Source of the DNA: Octopus vulgaris
Taxonomy: Eukaryota
DNA: 64,000 bases
Direction: 5' to 3'
Assembly (NCBI GenBank): GCA_951406725.2
Contig: OX597831.1
Span: 33,852,001 to 33,916,000, forward strand
Part shown: positions 27,534-42,136 of the stretch, in pieces
Numbering within the stretch: the stretch's first letter is position 1
How the letters are laid out: the number at the start of each line of letters is the position of its first letter
The notes under the pieces: generated by a model
Told to the model about the DNA's origin: nothing
What the model saw: the letters and a program-made list of their open reading frames with translations, nothing else
Databases searched by the model: none
Program-made: the position numbers and the translations under genes

Positions 27534-27565
27534 TATATGTATATATATATATATATATATATCTA

Positions 27566-28136
27566 AGGAGTGGCTGTGTGGTAAGTAGCTTGCCTACCAA
27601 CCACATGGTTCCACATGGTAACGACTAGGGTGGGGTAACTGACTGCTTGTTGTGATCATTCGTCTTTTGGTCCCCATGTGGCACGATTACAATTTTTTTA
27701 GGGTGTGTAAAGAGGAAAATAACCCTCATCTGCAATTTTGATGAAATTCGAAACATAGATATTCCAGTGCATTCAGAAAATATAACAGAAATGTCTATTT
27801 CAATTGAATGTAACCGGGCAACGCCGGGTATCTCTGCTAGTGTATGTATGTATATATATATATATATAGCGCAGTTCCGGGTTCAGTCTTACTGCGTGGC
27901 ACCTTGGCAAATGTCTTCTACTACAGCCTCGAGCTGACCAAAGCTTTGCGAGTGCAAACTGAAAGAAGCCCGTCGTTGGTGAGTTTACGTCTGTCTAATA
28001 TAGCGGTTCAGCAAAGTAGACCGATAGAATAAGTACTAGGCTTATATAAAGAATAATTCCTGGGATCGATTTGTTCGACTCAAGATGCTGACCCAGCATA
28101 GCTGCGCGTCCAACGAGCGAAAGAAGTGGAAGTAAA
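27566..28136 (+). mobile_element. SINE family A split by a Helitron fragment
   Basis: Head to CCACATGGTT (27610), resuming at GTTCCGGGTTCAGT (27873). Confidence 0.75.
27618..27840 (+). mobile_element. Helitron 3' fragment, internally deleted
   Basis: Ends CCGGGCAACGCCGGGTATCTCTGCTAG-T; homologous to 17666-18160. Confidence 0.8.
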
Positions 28137-28242
28137 AAATGCATGTATGTATGAATGTATGTATGTATGTATGTATGTATGTATGTATGTATGTATGTAT
28201 CTAATATACGTCAGCGTGTGTGTTTGGGTGTGTGCGTTGCTT

Positions 28243-28281
<39 letters not shown>

Positions 28282-28559
28282 TTTGTTTGTGTGTGCGTGT
28301 GTTGTTTGAGTGTGCCTGACCCAATACAAACAACACAAGAAGTGTTTGCTCTGGTGCGAATTATGTCCAGTAAGCGAGCGGACAGATATCGATGAAATGA
28401 ACACGAGACTGTAAAATATAAGTTAGCGGGGTTGGTATGTCGATATATACGGCTGGGTCCTTGTCTGCGCTGTTCTAGTGTGCTGGAACAGAATGAAGGA
28501 AATCGAGTATTACATACATACATATATACATACACGCTCTCTCTCTTTCTCTCTCTCAC

Positions 28560-28569
28560 ACACACACAC

Positions 28570-28610
<41 letters not shown>

Positions 28611-28691
28611 AAGACATACACATATATATGCATACATGCATATATATACACGCACACACACTCACACACACGCACTCACACACACACACAT

Positions 28692-28730
<39 letters not shown>

Positions 28731-28816
28731 CATATATACACAAAGACATACACATATATATGCATACATATACATGCATATACATACACGCACACACACT
28801 CACACACACACGCACT

Positions 28817-28860
<44 letters not shown>

Positions 28861-28955
28861 CACAAAGACATACACATATATATGCATACATATACATGCA
28901 TATACATACACGCACACACACTCACACACACACGCACTCACACACACACACACAT

Positions 28956-28989
<34 letters not shown>

Positions 28990-29076
28990 GCATATATACA
29001 CAAAGACCTACACATATATATGCATACATATACATGCATATATATACACGCACACACACTCACACACACACACGCA

Positions 29077-29126
<50 letters not shown>

Positions 29127-29222
29127 CATATATACACAAAGACCTACACATATATATGCATACATATAAATGCATATATATATATACACGCACACAGGCT
29201 CACACACACACACGCACTCTCT

Positions 29223-29264
<42 letters not shown>

Positions 29265-29370
29265 CATATATATACACAAAGACATACACATATATATGCA
29301 TACATATACATGCATATATATATATACACGCACACACACTCACACACACACACACGCACTCTCACACACA
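28560..29370. repeat. Minisatellite, about 6 units of 120-140 bp built from CA/TA microsatellites
   Basis: Anchor CACAAAGAC recurs near 28606, 28739, 28861, 28999, 29135 and 29275. Confidence 0.85.
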
Positions 29371-29519
29371 TGTCTATGTACGCTTGTGTGTGTGTGTTTG
29401 TTCGCGCGCTAATTTACCCACGTGTTTTCTTCAATGAAACTCCGCACAGCTGCTTGTTCAACTTGGTATTTTTTTTTCTCCATTCCAAGCGCAACAACAA
29501 TGGCATTTTACTACTACTA

Positions 29520-29554
<35 letters not shown>

Positions 29555-30383
29555 ACTGCTTATCGTAATCACCACTGCTTGCCGATGACTATAACAGCAA
29601 GAACACATAACTTAGTGAATGCCGCCGACGTCGTCGTCATCAACATCATCATCATAATCGTCATCATCATTCTCATTATCACCATCATTATCACCGCTCG
29701 TCGTCATCGTCGTCATCATTAGTATCATCATCATCATCATCATCATCATCGTCCTCATCCTCAACATCACAAACATCTACAACAGCGATAGAATCATACA
29801 ACATTGTGTATGTCTGTGTGCGTGTGCGTGTGTGGCAAATGACATGGCGCGCGCGCGCGTGTGTGTGTGTGTGTGTGCGTGTGCGTGCGTCTGTGTGCGT
29901 GTGTGTGTGTGTTTCTAAGTCAGCATACTTGCGTGTGTCCGTGTTGTGAGTTCAAACAACGGCTGGTGTTTATACTTGTACTCACGTGCGTGTGTGCACG
30001 CGTGCGCGCGCGTTTGTGTGTGTGTGTGTGCGTGTGTGTGCGTGTCTGTGTGTGTATGCTTTTAATATCAACTGACAACAAGGATATTATTATAGATCGG
30101 TATTTCGCGTGTTATTACTGAGACAGTGCTTTCCTTTTTAGACAGAACAGTACACCTGGCCGCATGCAGGTACAACAGGCTGATTAGATCGATTCACAGA
30201 TATCAGCGAACCACAGCGTTCTAATTTTGAGTGTTTTGTGAGGTCACGGCTGTAAGTTCGATTCTTCTCTCTGAGAGAACTGAAAATAAAGCATCAGTGT
30301 GTATGTGTGTGCATATATGTTTGCATGCATGTGTGTGCATCTTGAGAGCGTGTGTCTGTGCATGCACATGTATGTGTGTATGC

Positions 30384-30445
<62 letters not shown>

Positions 30446-30450
<5 letters not shown>

Positions 30451-31390
30451 TGTGTGTGTGGATAACAATGGGGATATCCCCGTAGAGTGGAGTGGCGAAC
30501 CATGAGGAGGACTGTATGGAAGTCACGTTCGTGAGTACAGAGTCGACGGAGACGGAGTAGTTGAGAGTAGGGGATGGACAGTTTGGTGTTGATAAAATGG
30601 GAGGTGGAGAAGTGGAGGTATTATGGAAATCTGTCGGAGTGTAGTGGATGAAAATGGTAAGAGAGAAGAGATTGATGGCAGAAGATATATCCAGGAAGTG
30701 AGCGACAGTGTTGGAGTCAGAGCAGAGTTCAAGGGTGAAATTTTATTTATTAACAATCTTTTAAAATTGTGACTTTGCGTTACTATAACGTTACGTCGAG
30801 AATTTAGTATTTAACAAAGACTTTCTCTCACGTAACTTAAATTCTGCATTATTTCGAAGGATTTCTTTTTGCATTTTGCATTTTGCATTAATGCCGGCAT
30901 TTAAGTAATTCATTGGTTGTCAAATATAATAATATAAATTATTTGCATGCTTTTAAGTTACGAAACAATTTGTTGTGATATTAAAATTTTCTTGCTGCTA
31001 AATAAAATTCCATCAAATTATATCTCAGACATTTATGACTATATGCATACATACATACACACATACATACATACAAACATACATACATACATACATACAT
31101 ACATACATACATACAAACATACAAACATACATATATACATATATACATACATACATATGTATGTACGAATATATGAATGGCGCGCGCGCGTATGTATGTG
31201 TGTATGTATGTATGTATGTATGTATGTATGTATGTATGTATGAATGTATGTATATGTATGATTATATGTATGAATGAATGCATGTGTGCATGTGGGTGTG
31301 TATGTATGTGTGTGTATATGTGTATGTATATATTAATGAAAGAATGTATGTATGCATGTATCTATAATTATATGTATGTAAGCATGTTTG

Positions 31391-31421
<31 letters not shown>

Positions 31422-31757
31422 TTGTATGTATATATGTATTCATGTATGTATATATTTTATCGTTTACGCGCTTCAGTCATCAAACTGCGGCCATGCTGGG
31501 GCACCGTCTCGAACAATGTTAGCCGAACTAATCGACTCAGTACTTACTTTTAAGTCCTGCTCCTTATCCTCTCTCTCTCACTCTTTACACTCCCCACACA
31601 CACAGACACACAGACACATACGCACACACACAAATATTTGTGGTTTGTGTGTGTGTGTGTATGTGTGAATGTGTGTGTCTGTGTGTACATGTACATATGT
31701 GTATGAGTGTATGATTATATGTGTTCGTAAACGAGACTCTTTACGTTGTGTGTCTGC

Positions 31758-31794
<37 letters not shown>

Positions 31795-32609
31795 TGTGTG
31801 TGTGGATAACAATGGGGATATCCCCGTAGAGTGGAGTGGCGAACCATGAGGAGGACTGTATGGAAGTCACGTTCGTGAGTACAGAGTCGACGGAGACGGA
31901 GTAGTTGAGAGTAGGGGATGGACAGTTTGGTGTTGATAAAATGGGAGGTGGAGAAGTGGAGGTATTATGGAAATCTGTGTGTGTGATGAAAATGGTAAGA
32001 GAGAAGAGATTGATGGCAGAAGTGTGTGTGTGTGTGAAATTTTATTTATTAACAATCTTTTAAAATTGTGTGTGTGTGTGTGTGTGTGTGATTTCTTTTT
32101 GCATTTTGCATTTTGCATTAATGCCGGCATTTAAGTAATTCATTGGTTGTCAAATATAATAATATAAATTATTTGCATGCTTTTAAGTTACGAAACAATT
32201 TGTTGTGATATTAAAATTTTCTTGCTGCTAAATAAAATTCCATCAAATTATATCTCAGACATTTATGACTATATGCATACATACATACACACATACATAC
32301 ATACAAACATACATACATACATACATACATACATACATACATACAAACATACAAACATACATATATACATATATACATACATACATATGTATGTATGAAT
32401 ATATGAATGTATGTATGTGTGTATGTATGTATGTATGTATGTATGTATGTATGTATGTATGAATGTATGTATATGTATGATTATATGTATGAATGAATGC
32501 ATGTGTGCATGTGGGTGTGTATGTATGTGTGTGTATATGTGTATGTATATATTAATGAATGAATGTATGTATGCATGTATCTATAATTATATGTATGTAA
32601 GCATGTTTG

Positions 32610-32640
<31 letters not shown>

Positions 32641-32980
32641 TTGTATGTATATATGTATTCATGTATGTATATATTTTATCGTTTACGCGCTTCAGTCATC
32701 AAACTGCGGCCATGCTGGGGCACCGTCTCGAACAATGTTAGCCGAACTAATCGACTCAGTACTTACTTTTAAGTCCTGCTCCTTATCCTCTCTCTCTCAC
32801 TCTTTACACTCCCCACACACACAGACACACAGACACATACGCACACACACAAATATTTGTGGTTTGTGTGTGTGTGTGTATGTGTGAATGTGTGTGTCTG
32901 TGTGTACATGTACATATGTGTATGAGTGTATGATTATATGTGTTCGTAAACGAGACTCTTTACGTTGTGTGTCTGCGCGC
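30446..32980. repeat. ~1.3-kb near-identical tandem duplication
   Basis: GATAACAATGGGGATATCC at 30461 and 31805; both copies end CTTTACGTTGTGTGTCTGCGCG. Confidence 0.9.
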
Positions 32981-33006
32981 TTTGTATATGTGTGTGTGTG
33001 TGTGTG

Positions 33007-33069
<63 letters not shown>

Positions 33070-33807
33070 CGATGTAACTGGCCCGTTATCTCATAGCAAA
33101 AAGGAAAAAAAAAACAGTTTCGAACACAGCACCGACACCCAGTCAAGGCTGATATGATAGCAAGCGACTAAAACTAACCGAAAGGTGGTAGATTTTGAGT
33201 CACCAAGTCTCATAACTGGATCACTTGATGTGCTAGAAATAGCAGCCAAATTTCTCTCTTTCTCTCTTTCTTTCATTACACACGCCAACATTATCAGCGT
33301 CATCATCACCATTGATAACACCACCACCACCACCACCACCAACACCAATAGTAACACCCCCATTAACGCAACTCGCATTATCATCATCGTCATCATCGTC
33401 GTCATCGTCGTCGTCGTCATCATCATAATCATCATCGACGTCGTTGTCGTCATCATCCTCTTCCCTTCCTCTTCTCATCTATACCCTATACTTCTCCAAA
33501 CACACACACACAGATTATAGACAAACATATACGTTATACACACACACATATAGAATGTACACACACATCATAAACACACATCATTCACTTACAAGGTCTC
33601 TCTCTCTCTCACCTCGCTTTCATCTTCTTTCACTCATTTACCCTCTCCCCTTCCCTTCATACCCTCTAAATTCTCTCACCGACCCATAACCGACAATTCG
33701 ACCGTAACACGTTAACGAATATAACCGAACCCACATAATAACACTCAGGTACAGACCTCGTTTGTTGTGTTTGCGTCACACCGTAACGGCATTAGTCTTG
33801 TATATGA

Positions 33808-34210
33808 GGCGGCGACATGGCGGAGTCGTTAGCACGCCGAACGAAATGCGTAGCCGTATTTCGTCTGCCGTTACGTACTGAGTTCAAATTCCGCCGAGGT
33901 CGACTTTGCCTTTCATCCTTTCGGGTTCGATAAATCAAGTACCAGCTGCGCACTGCGGTCGATGTAATCGGCTTGATCCGTTTGTCTGTCCTTGTTTGTC
34001 CTCTCTGTGTTTAGTCCCTTGTGGGTAGTAAAGAAATAGGTACTGTGTTTGTCTTCGCGTTCTGAGTTCAAATTCCGCCGAAGTCAACTTCGCCGTTTTT
34101 TTCTAATTTTCGTGGCCGATAAAATAAGTAGCAATTGATCACTAGAGGTCGATGTAATTGATTCACTCACTCACTCTCGAAATTGCTGGCCTTGTGCCAA
34201 AATGTGAAAC
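33808..34210 (+). mobile_element. SINE family B with partial duplication
   Basis: Head, B box and GAGGTCGACTTTGCCTTTCATCCTTTCGGG motif. Confidence 0.8.
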
Positions 34211-34282
34211 TAATATATCGTGTCTTGCGTAATGTGTCGTGTCTTGCGTCTTCATGTGTGTGTGTATGTGTATATATATGTG

Positions 34283-34336
<54 letters not shown>

Positions 34337-34443
34337 ACATTGCGAGGATGATCCGGTTCTTGAAAGAAGATTAAAGGCTTCGAATGACCTGTCCGTGTTT
34401 TTTGTATCGTCTATTGGATGGTATGTGTTCTTGTCCCATTTTG

Positions 34444-34488
<45 letters not shown>

Positions 34489-34571
34489 TAATCCAAACGG
34501 GAAAACAGAAAAAACAACAACACGTGGAACAATTACAGTATTATTATTATTAGGCGCCCAGGAAAATGGAA

Positions 34572-34627
<56 letters not shown>

Positions 34628-34710
34628 ATATGTATATATATATATATCGATATATCTATGTATATATATATATATATCGATATATCTATGTATGTGTATA
34701 TATCTATATC

Positions 34711-34796
<86 letters not shown>

Positions 34797-35048
34797 AACT
34801 TTGTACAACTACGCATATTTGTTCTTCGGCTGAATTCTTGAGAATGGTGATATTTCATTCATATCACCATGTGACCATTCCTGCTTATTCTTTGTCCACT
34901 GATTGTTGGTGCATTTGGTGTACGAGGGAATGTGACACTGATGCCCTCACCTGTACCTCATTCATATACATACATACATACATACAGATTTAAACACACA
35001 TATATATATATGTATATATATACATATATATGCATAAATATAAATGTA

Positions 35049-35108
<60 letters not shown>

Positions 35109-35298
35109 CATACATACATATACACACAAGGTTATACATGTACACACACACGCTCATACACATATACATATGCACACACACGCATACACATTAATGTATA
35201 TAAGTTTGAAGTTTGTATATGTATATATGCATGTACGTATGTATGTATGTATACATGTATATATATATGTATGGATGGATGTATGTATGGATGTATGC

Positions 35299-35360
<62 letters not shown>

Positions 35361-35395
35361 TTCTGTACATATAGTATACATACATATATAGTTAT

Positions 35396-35514
35396 GTCTA
35401 TGGCCATATCACGTTGAAAGCACCGGTTCTCGTCCGATCACAGCAGTTCAGAAACGCCGAGCCTGGTTAGTACTTAGATGAGTGACCGCTTGGGAAACTT
35501 GGTTGCTGTAAGCG
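35396..35514 (+). rRNA. Dispersed 5S rRNA copy (orphon, probable pseudogene)
   Basis: ~119 nt GTCTATGGCCATATCACGTTGAAAGCACCGGTTCTCGTCCGATCAC...GCCTGGTTAGTACTTAGATGAGTGACCGCTTGGGAA...GCTGTAAGC follows the metazoan 5S layout; substitutions in boxes A and C. Confidence 0.9.
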
Positions 35515-35609
35515 TCACACACACATTTTAAAGGCGGTGCTCCTCGATGACCGTAGTTACATGACTGAAACAAGTAAAAGAGTATATATATATATATATA
35601 TATATAATA

Positions 35610-35815
35610 TGACCGCGTGTGTACCGTTGGCGATTTTTTTCCCTCTTTCTTCCCTTCTCTGGACCTTTCCTTCTCCTATGTTTCCGACGAAGCGCTCCGC
35701 TCGAAACGTTAAACCCTCCTTCTTTCCTTCTTTCCTGAACGTCCAATAATACTATATTTGTTCCACGTCCTCGCGTTGTTGTGTTTTTTTGTGCTTTCTT
35801 GTTTGGATTAACTTT
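35610..35815 (+). mobile_element. Penelope-type terminal-repeat fragment
   Basis: CCGACGAAGCGCTCCGCTCGAAACGTT decayed hammerhead-like core; homologous to 14685-14865. Confidence 0.55.
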
Positions 35816-35832
35816 ATATATTTTATATATAA

Positions 35833-35994
35833 GGCGCAGGAGTGGCTGTGTGGTAAGTAGCTTGCTAACCAACCACATGGTTCCGGGTTCAGTCCCACTG
35901 CGTGGCATCTTGGGAAAGTGTCTTCTGCTATAGCCCCGGGCCGACCAATGCCTTGTGAGTGGATTTGGTAGACGGAAACTGAAAGAAGCCTGTC

Positions 35995-35997
<3 letters not shown>
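35833..35997 (+). mobile_element. SINE family A, 5' half
   Basis: GGCGCAGGAGTGGCTGTGTGG...GAAAGAAGCCTGTCG. Confidence 0.85.
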
Positions 35998-36040
<43 letters not shown>

Positions 36041-36082
36041 TTGTTCGTGTGTCTGTGTTATTCCAGCCGCCAAATCTACTTG

Positions 36083-36125
<43 letters not shown>

Positions 36126-36167
36126 TTGTTCGTGTGTCTGTGTTTTTCCAGCCGCCAAATCTACTTG

Positions 36168-36221
<54 letters not shown>

Positions 36222-36244
36222 TACACATATATATGTATATATGT

Positions 36245-36275
<31 letters not shown>

Positions 36276-36304
36276 GATATATATATAAATACATATATAT
36301 ACAT

Positions 36305-36357
<53 letters not shown>

Positions 36358-36459
36358 GGAGTAAACACATAAATGTGAAACAAGGTGGAAAAAAGAGTAC
36401 TCAAATACCAGTGGTAGAGTAATATGCTTTATTTTAAGCAGCAGAAAATTCAACAAAAT

Positions 36460-36497
36460 CTGTTACTTTGAGTTTCTCGTTGCCGTTCATCAGACAG
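36460..36497 (-). ncRNA. Minimal type-I hammerhead ribozyme (minus-strand copy)
   Basis: CUGU-CUGAUGA-ACG gcaa CGA-GAAA-CUCAAAG-UA/ACAG. Confidence 0.65.
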
Positions 36498-36508
36498 TTT
36501 TGCAAAAA

Positions 36509-36546
36509 CTGTCTGATGAACGGCAACGAGAAACTCAGAGTAACAG
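36509..36546 (+). ncRNA. Minimal type-I hammerhead ribozyme (plus-strand copy)
   Basis: CUGU-CUGAUGA-ACG gcaa CGA-GAAA-CUC a GAG-UA/ACAG; GNRA-capped short stem II, palindromic stem III. Confidence 0.7.
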
Positions 36547-36578
36547 ATTTTGTTGAATTTTCTGCTGCTTAAAATAAA

Positions 36579-36617
<39 letters not shown>

Positions 36618-36686
36618 AATATTTTATATATATGTATGTATGCATGTATGTATGTATGTATGTATGTATGTATATATATATATATA

Positions 36687-36739
<53 letters not shown>

Positions 36740-36855
36740 GTATTATGTATGTATGTATGTATGTATGTATGTATGTGTGTATGTATGTATATATATATAT
36801 ATATATATGCATGTATGCATATATATATTTATATATGTATATATATAGACGCAGA

Positions 36856-37072
36856 GGCGGTGAGCTGGCAGAACCGTTAGCACGCCAGGCGAAATGCGTA
36901 GCCGTATTTCGTCTACCGTTACGTTCTGAGTTCAAATTCCGCCGAGGTTGTCTTTGCCTTTCATTTTTTCGGGGTCGATGAATTAAGTACCAGTTACGCA
37001 TTGGGTTGATGTAATCGACTTAATCCGTTTGTCTGTCCTTGTTTGCCCCCTCTATGTTTGTGGGTAATAAAG

Positions 37073-37075
<3 letters not shown>
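36856..37075 (+). mobile_element. SINE family B
   Basis: GGCGGTGAGCTGGCAGAACCG head through TAATAAAGAAA tail. Confidence 0.85.
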
Positions 37076-37131
<56 letters not shown>

Positions 37132-37133
<2 letters not shown>

Positions 37134-37512
37134 CGCAGCCTGGCTATGTGGTAAGAAGCTTTCCTCCGAACCACATGCTTACTGGTTCTGTCCGTCGGCG
37201 TTGCACCTATATCCCCCTGGCCGACCAATGCCTTGTGAGTGAATTTCGCAGGCGGAAACCGAAAGAAGCCCATCGTATATATATATATATATATATGCAT
37301 ATATGTGTGTGCGTGTCTGTGTTTGTCTCCTACCATCGCTTGACTACCCATGTTGCTGTGCTTACGTACTCGTAAACTATCGGTTCGGCAAAAAGGACCG
37401 ATAGAATAAGTACTAGGCTTACAAACGATAAATCCTGGAGTCGATTTGCTCGACTAAAGGCGGTGCTCCAGTATGGCCGCAGACAAATGACTAAAATAAA
37501 TAAAAGAATAAA
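37132..37512 (+). mobile_element. SINE family A
   Basis: Collinear with the other family A copies. Confidence 0.8.
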
Positions 37513-37832
37513 GGAACATATATATATATATATATATAGATATATGTCTGTGTGTGTATGTGTTTGTTTGTGTCTATTGTGTGTTAGTGTTTTCGGGTCT
37601 GTATTTGACTTTCGTTCGTTGACAACCGGTGTTGGTTTGTTTACGGTAAAAAAGAAAAAAAATGTATTAAAGTCGATGTGTTCGAGTATGAACAGTTCGC
37701 GTCAGTGCCCCAGCATGGCCGCAGATCGATGACTGAAACAAGCAAAACAATGTAACGGTGACCTTTCACCTTGTGGCAAATGAATGACAAACACAATAAG
37801 GACTACCAATACTAGTACTATTATAACTACTA

Positions 37833-37885
<53 letters not shown>

Positions 37886-38130
37886 GCTGCTGCTTTTGCA
37901 GTTGTTGCAGCTGCTGTTGTTGCTGCTGTTGTTGTTGCCGCTATGGAGGTTGTTGCATTTTCGGCTTCCCTCTGCCTGCTACTACTTCCACCGTAACCCC
38001 TCCCTCCTCATCATCACTTCTTCCGTAATGACAACCACCACCACCACCACCACCACCACCACCACCACCACCACTACCACCACTACCATCACCACTGCCT
38101 CAAAGCACAACTGCTACTACTACAACAACA

Positions 38131-38189
<59 letters not shown>

Positions 38190-38270
38190 CAAACAGGTGG
38201 TGCTGTTGCTATTGTTGATGATGGTAACGGTGGCAACGGCGGTGGCTTTTTGGTGATTCTTCTCGCTTCG

Positions 38271-38302
<32 letters not shown>

Positions 38303-38338
38303 CACCACCACCACAGCTAGTGCTGCTGTTGCCGCTTC

Positions 38339-38409
<71 letters not shown>

Positions 38410-38524
38410 GCTACTACTATTACTTGGGGTGTGTTGTTTGGGCGGCGGCGGCGGTGGATTATTTTTTTTTTCCGAAAAAGCGAAAAGTTTGTTTACGAAG
38501 CTGACGCTCGTCCCTCGTTTACAG

Positions 38525-38685
38525 GATGGAGGAAGAGCGCTACGTGTATTTACCGAGTTTTTGCGATGACACAACAAACAACAACAATAACAACAACGAC
38601 AACATTAACAACAACAACACTATTACTACCGACAGTAACAACCACAACTACAACAACAACAACAGCAACAATAATATTACGACAA
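38525..38685 (+). CDS. Candidate Asn-rich coding exon of an unknown gene
   Basis: Acceptor CCCTCGTTTACAG|G, ATG at 38526 (MEEERYVYLPSFCDDTTNNNN...), donor CAA|GTAAGC at 38686; no homology recognised. Confidence 0.3.
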
Positions 38686-38929
38686 GTAAGCCGTGTTTTT
38701 TTTTTACATTTTTTGTTTTTTCCTTCTTTTCTGTATTTAAAGATTGTTCGAAAGAAAGATGAATGGCAAAAAAAAAAAGAAAAGAAAAAAAGAAAAAAAA
38801 AGGAAAAGAGAAAACAGAGAAAAGAAAAGAAAAGAAAAGAAAAAAGGAATAGAAAAGTTATTTATTATTCGGTCATATACGGTCCGACATATACTGTTTC
38901 TCGTTTGTGTGTAAAAACGTGCCCGCGCG

Positions 38930-38963
<34 letters not shown>

Positions 38964-39198
38964 TGTATGTATGTACGTATGTATGTATGTATGTATGTAT
39001 GTATGTATGCATGTATGTATGTATGTATGTATGTTTGTATGTATGTATGTATGCATGCATGCATTTATGTATGTAATATATGTTTGCATATATATTTATA
39101 TATATATGCATATATAAATATGCTTATATATATATATGCTTATATATATATACATACATATATATATATATATATGTATACATACATACATACATACA

Positions 39199-39234
<36 letters not shown>

Positions 39235-39631
39235 TATATCATGCATATATATATATATATATATATATGCATATATATATATATTATGAAGAATGTATGT
39301 ATGCGTTACTGAACGCTTGCATACATTTATATGCATGTTTGTATATATATATATATATATATACACGCATACATGTATTTATGCATGCATATATGCATGT
39401 ATGTATGTATGTATGTATGCATGTGTGTATATGTATATATGTATGTGAATATATACATACATTATATGCATAACTATGTAATCCACACCTATATATGATA
39501 TATAATATATATCATATATAATACATCACAGACACACATATGATATTTCCTTTCTTTTGTCATATATATTTTACTCTAACTTACCACGTGGGAGAGAATC
39601 TCTTCAATATATGTATATATATCTCCAAACC

Positions 39632-40145
<514 letters not shown>

Positions 40146-40796
40146 AATATATAGCATTTATTTATCCATCACGGCTGATCTTACCAAACCGTTTCGTGTT
40201 AAGTATACGATGGTGTGTTAGCTAAGACTCCGATTACATAACAGATGCATGCAGGCACACACACACACATATACAGACACACACACACACACTCACACAC
40301 GTGCACGCGCACACACACATCTTTGTTGCAAACGAAGGTCGGATACACAAAACTTTTGTACCAACATCTGAGACCCCGTTTACCTTCCATATAGTAAATA
40401 TACACTACTCTCTTCTATGTGATCCCAACGGAGTCAGCAAAGACTGTGAGGCATCTAAGTACATTTGCAGGGCTCAGAAAATTACTAGGGGGGGGGCGTC
40501 TACAGCTGTTCTACTGTATGTCCATAGATACACTGATAATTAACTCTGTATTAAACGAAGGAAAGCTCATTAAATTTTATTGTTTAAATTATACAAGAGC
40601 CAAGTTTGGGCATACGTAATCACGTTTGTTGCATTCTTTTAATTATTTCAAACAATTCCGCAAAGATATTTCATATTTTTCAGCTTAAACAGCGTTTAGA
40701 ATACAACAAAGCATTGAGTGTCTACCTACGTCCATGTGCGCGTGCAAGTGTGTTTCTATGTATATACATGCATGCATTTTTGTTTTGCATATGTGT

Positions 40797-40880
<84 letters not shown>

Positions 40881-40940
40881 ATGTATATATATATATATAT
40901 ATATAGTTGTCCGGATGTTTTGTGTTCTTGTCCCATTTTG

Positions 40941-40978
<38 letters not shown>

Positions 40979-40993
40979 ATATATAATACATGC

Positions 40994-41041
<48 letters not shown>

Positions 41042-41391
41042 ACATGCCGGCGCGTATTTATGTATACGTTTATATATTAAACATGCACCTTATGTTTAAG
41101 GTTACCGATATCTTGTATAATGAAACAAGAAAATACTTTCCACTGTGATGAGAGAGAGAGAGAGAGTGTGTGTGTGAGAGGGAGAGAAAGAGAAAGAAAG
41201 AGAGAGTGGAAAGAAGAAAGTGAAAGAAATAGATAGATAGATAGATAGAGGGAAAGAGAGAGAGAAAGTGAAAGTATAATTCGTGTAGAATATGCAAGTG
41301 CTTGTCTGTGTGTCTGTGTGCATTGTGTTTGCTTAAATCTATCTATCTGTGTATTTGTCTGTTTGTCTATCTGTCTGTCAATCAATCAATA

Positions 41392-41487
<96 letters not shown>

Positions 41488-41517
41488 CGTCCGTCCTTCC
41501 ACCCATCCGTCCGTCTG

Positions 41518-41585
<68 letters not shown>

Positions 41586-41621
41586 ACTATCTATCTATCT
41601 ATATATCTATCTATCTAACTA

Positions 41622-41684
<63 letters not shown>

Positions 41685-41997
41685 CTACCTACCTATCTAT
41701 CTACTTGCCCATATATGTGTTCGTAACTACTTAGATTGAATCTATATTTTATTCTGCGTGTAGATATGTGTAAACTCTCTATTCGATTGAATCTATGTAC
41801 TTTTCATATTATGTGCAAATATATTTCTATAAATCTGCCCTTGAATATTCTATTTATATATGTGGATGTATGTGTAGATGTAATATTAACCTCTAAACAT
41901 ATATCTGAATAAATATTTATGGATTGGATCGATTCTACCTAATCTAATCTATCGAAAATCTATGTTAGTGAGTTAACATGCACGTATGTTTGTATTG

Positions 41998-42106
<109 letters not shown>

Positions 42107-42136
42107 ACATAATAATGTATATATATATATATATAT

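Larger units (their letters stand above)
36424..36582. repeat. Near-perfect ~78-bp-arm palindrome carrying two divergent hammerheads
   Basis: Arms complementary around the centre TTTTGCAAAA with only about 2-3 differences. Confidence 0.92.
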
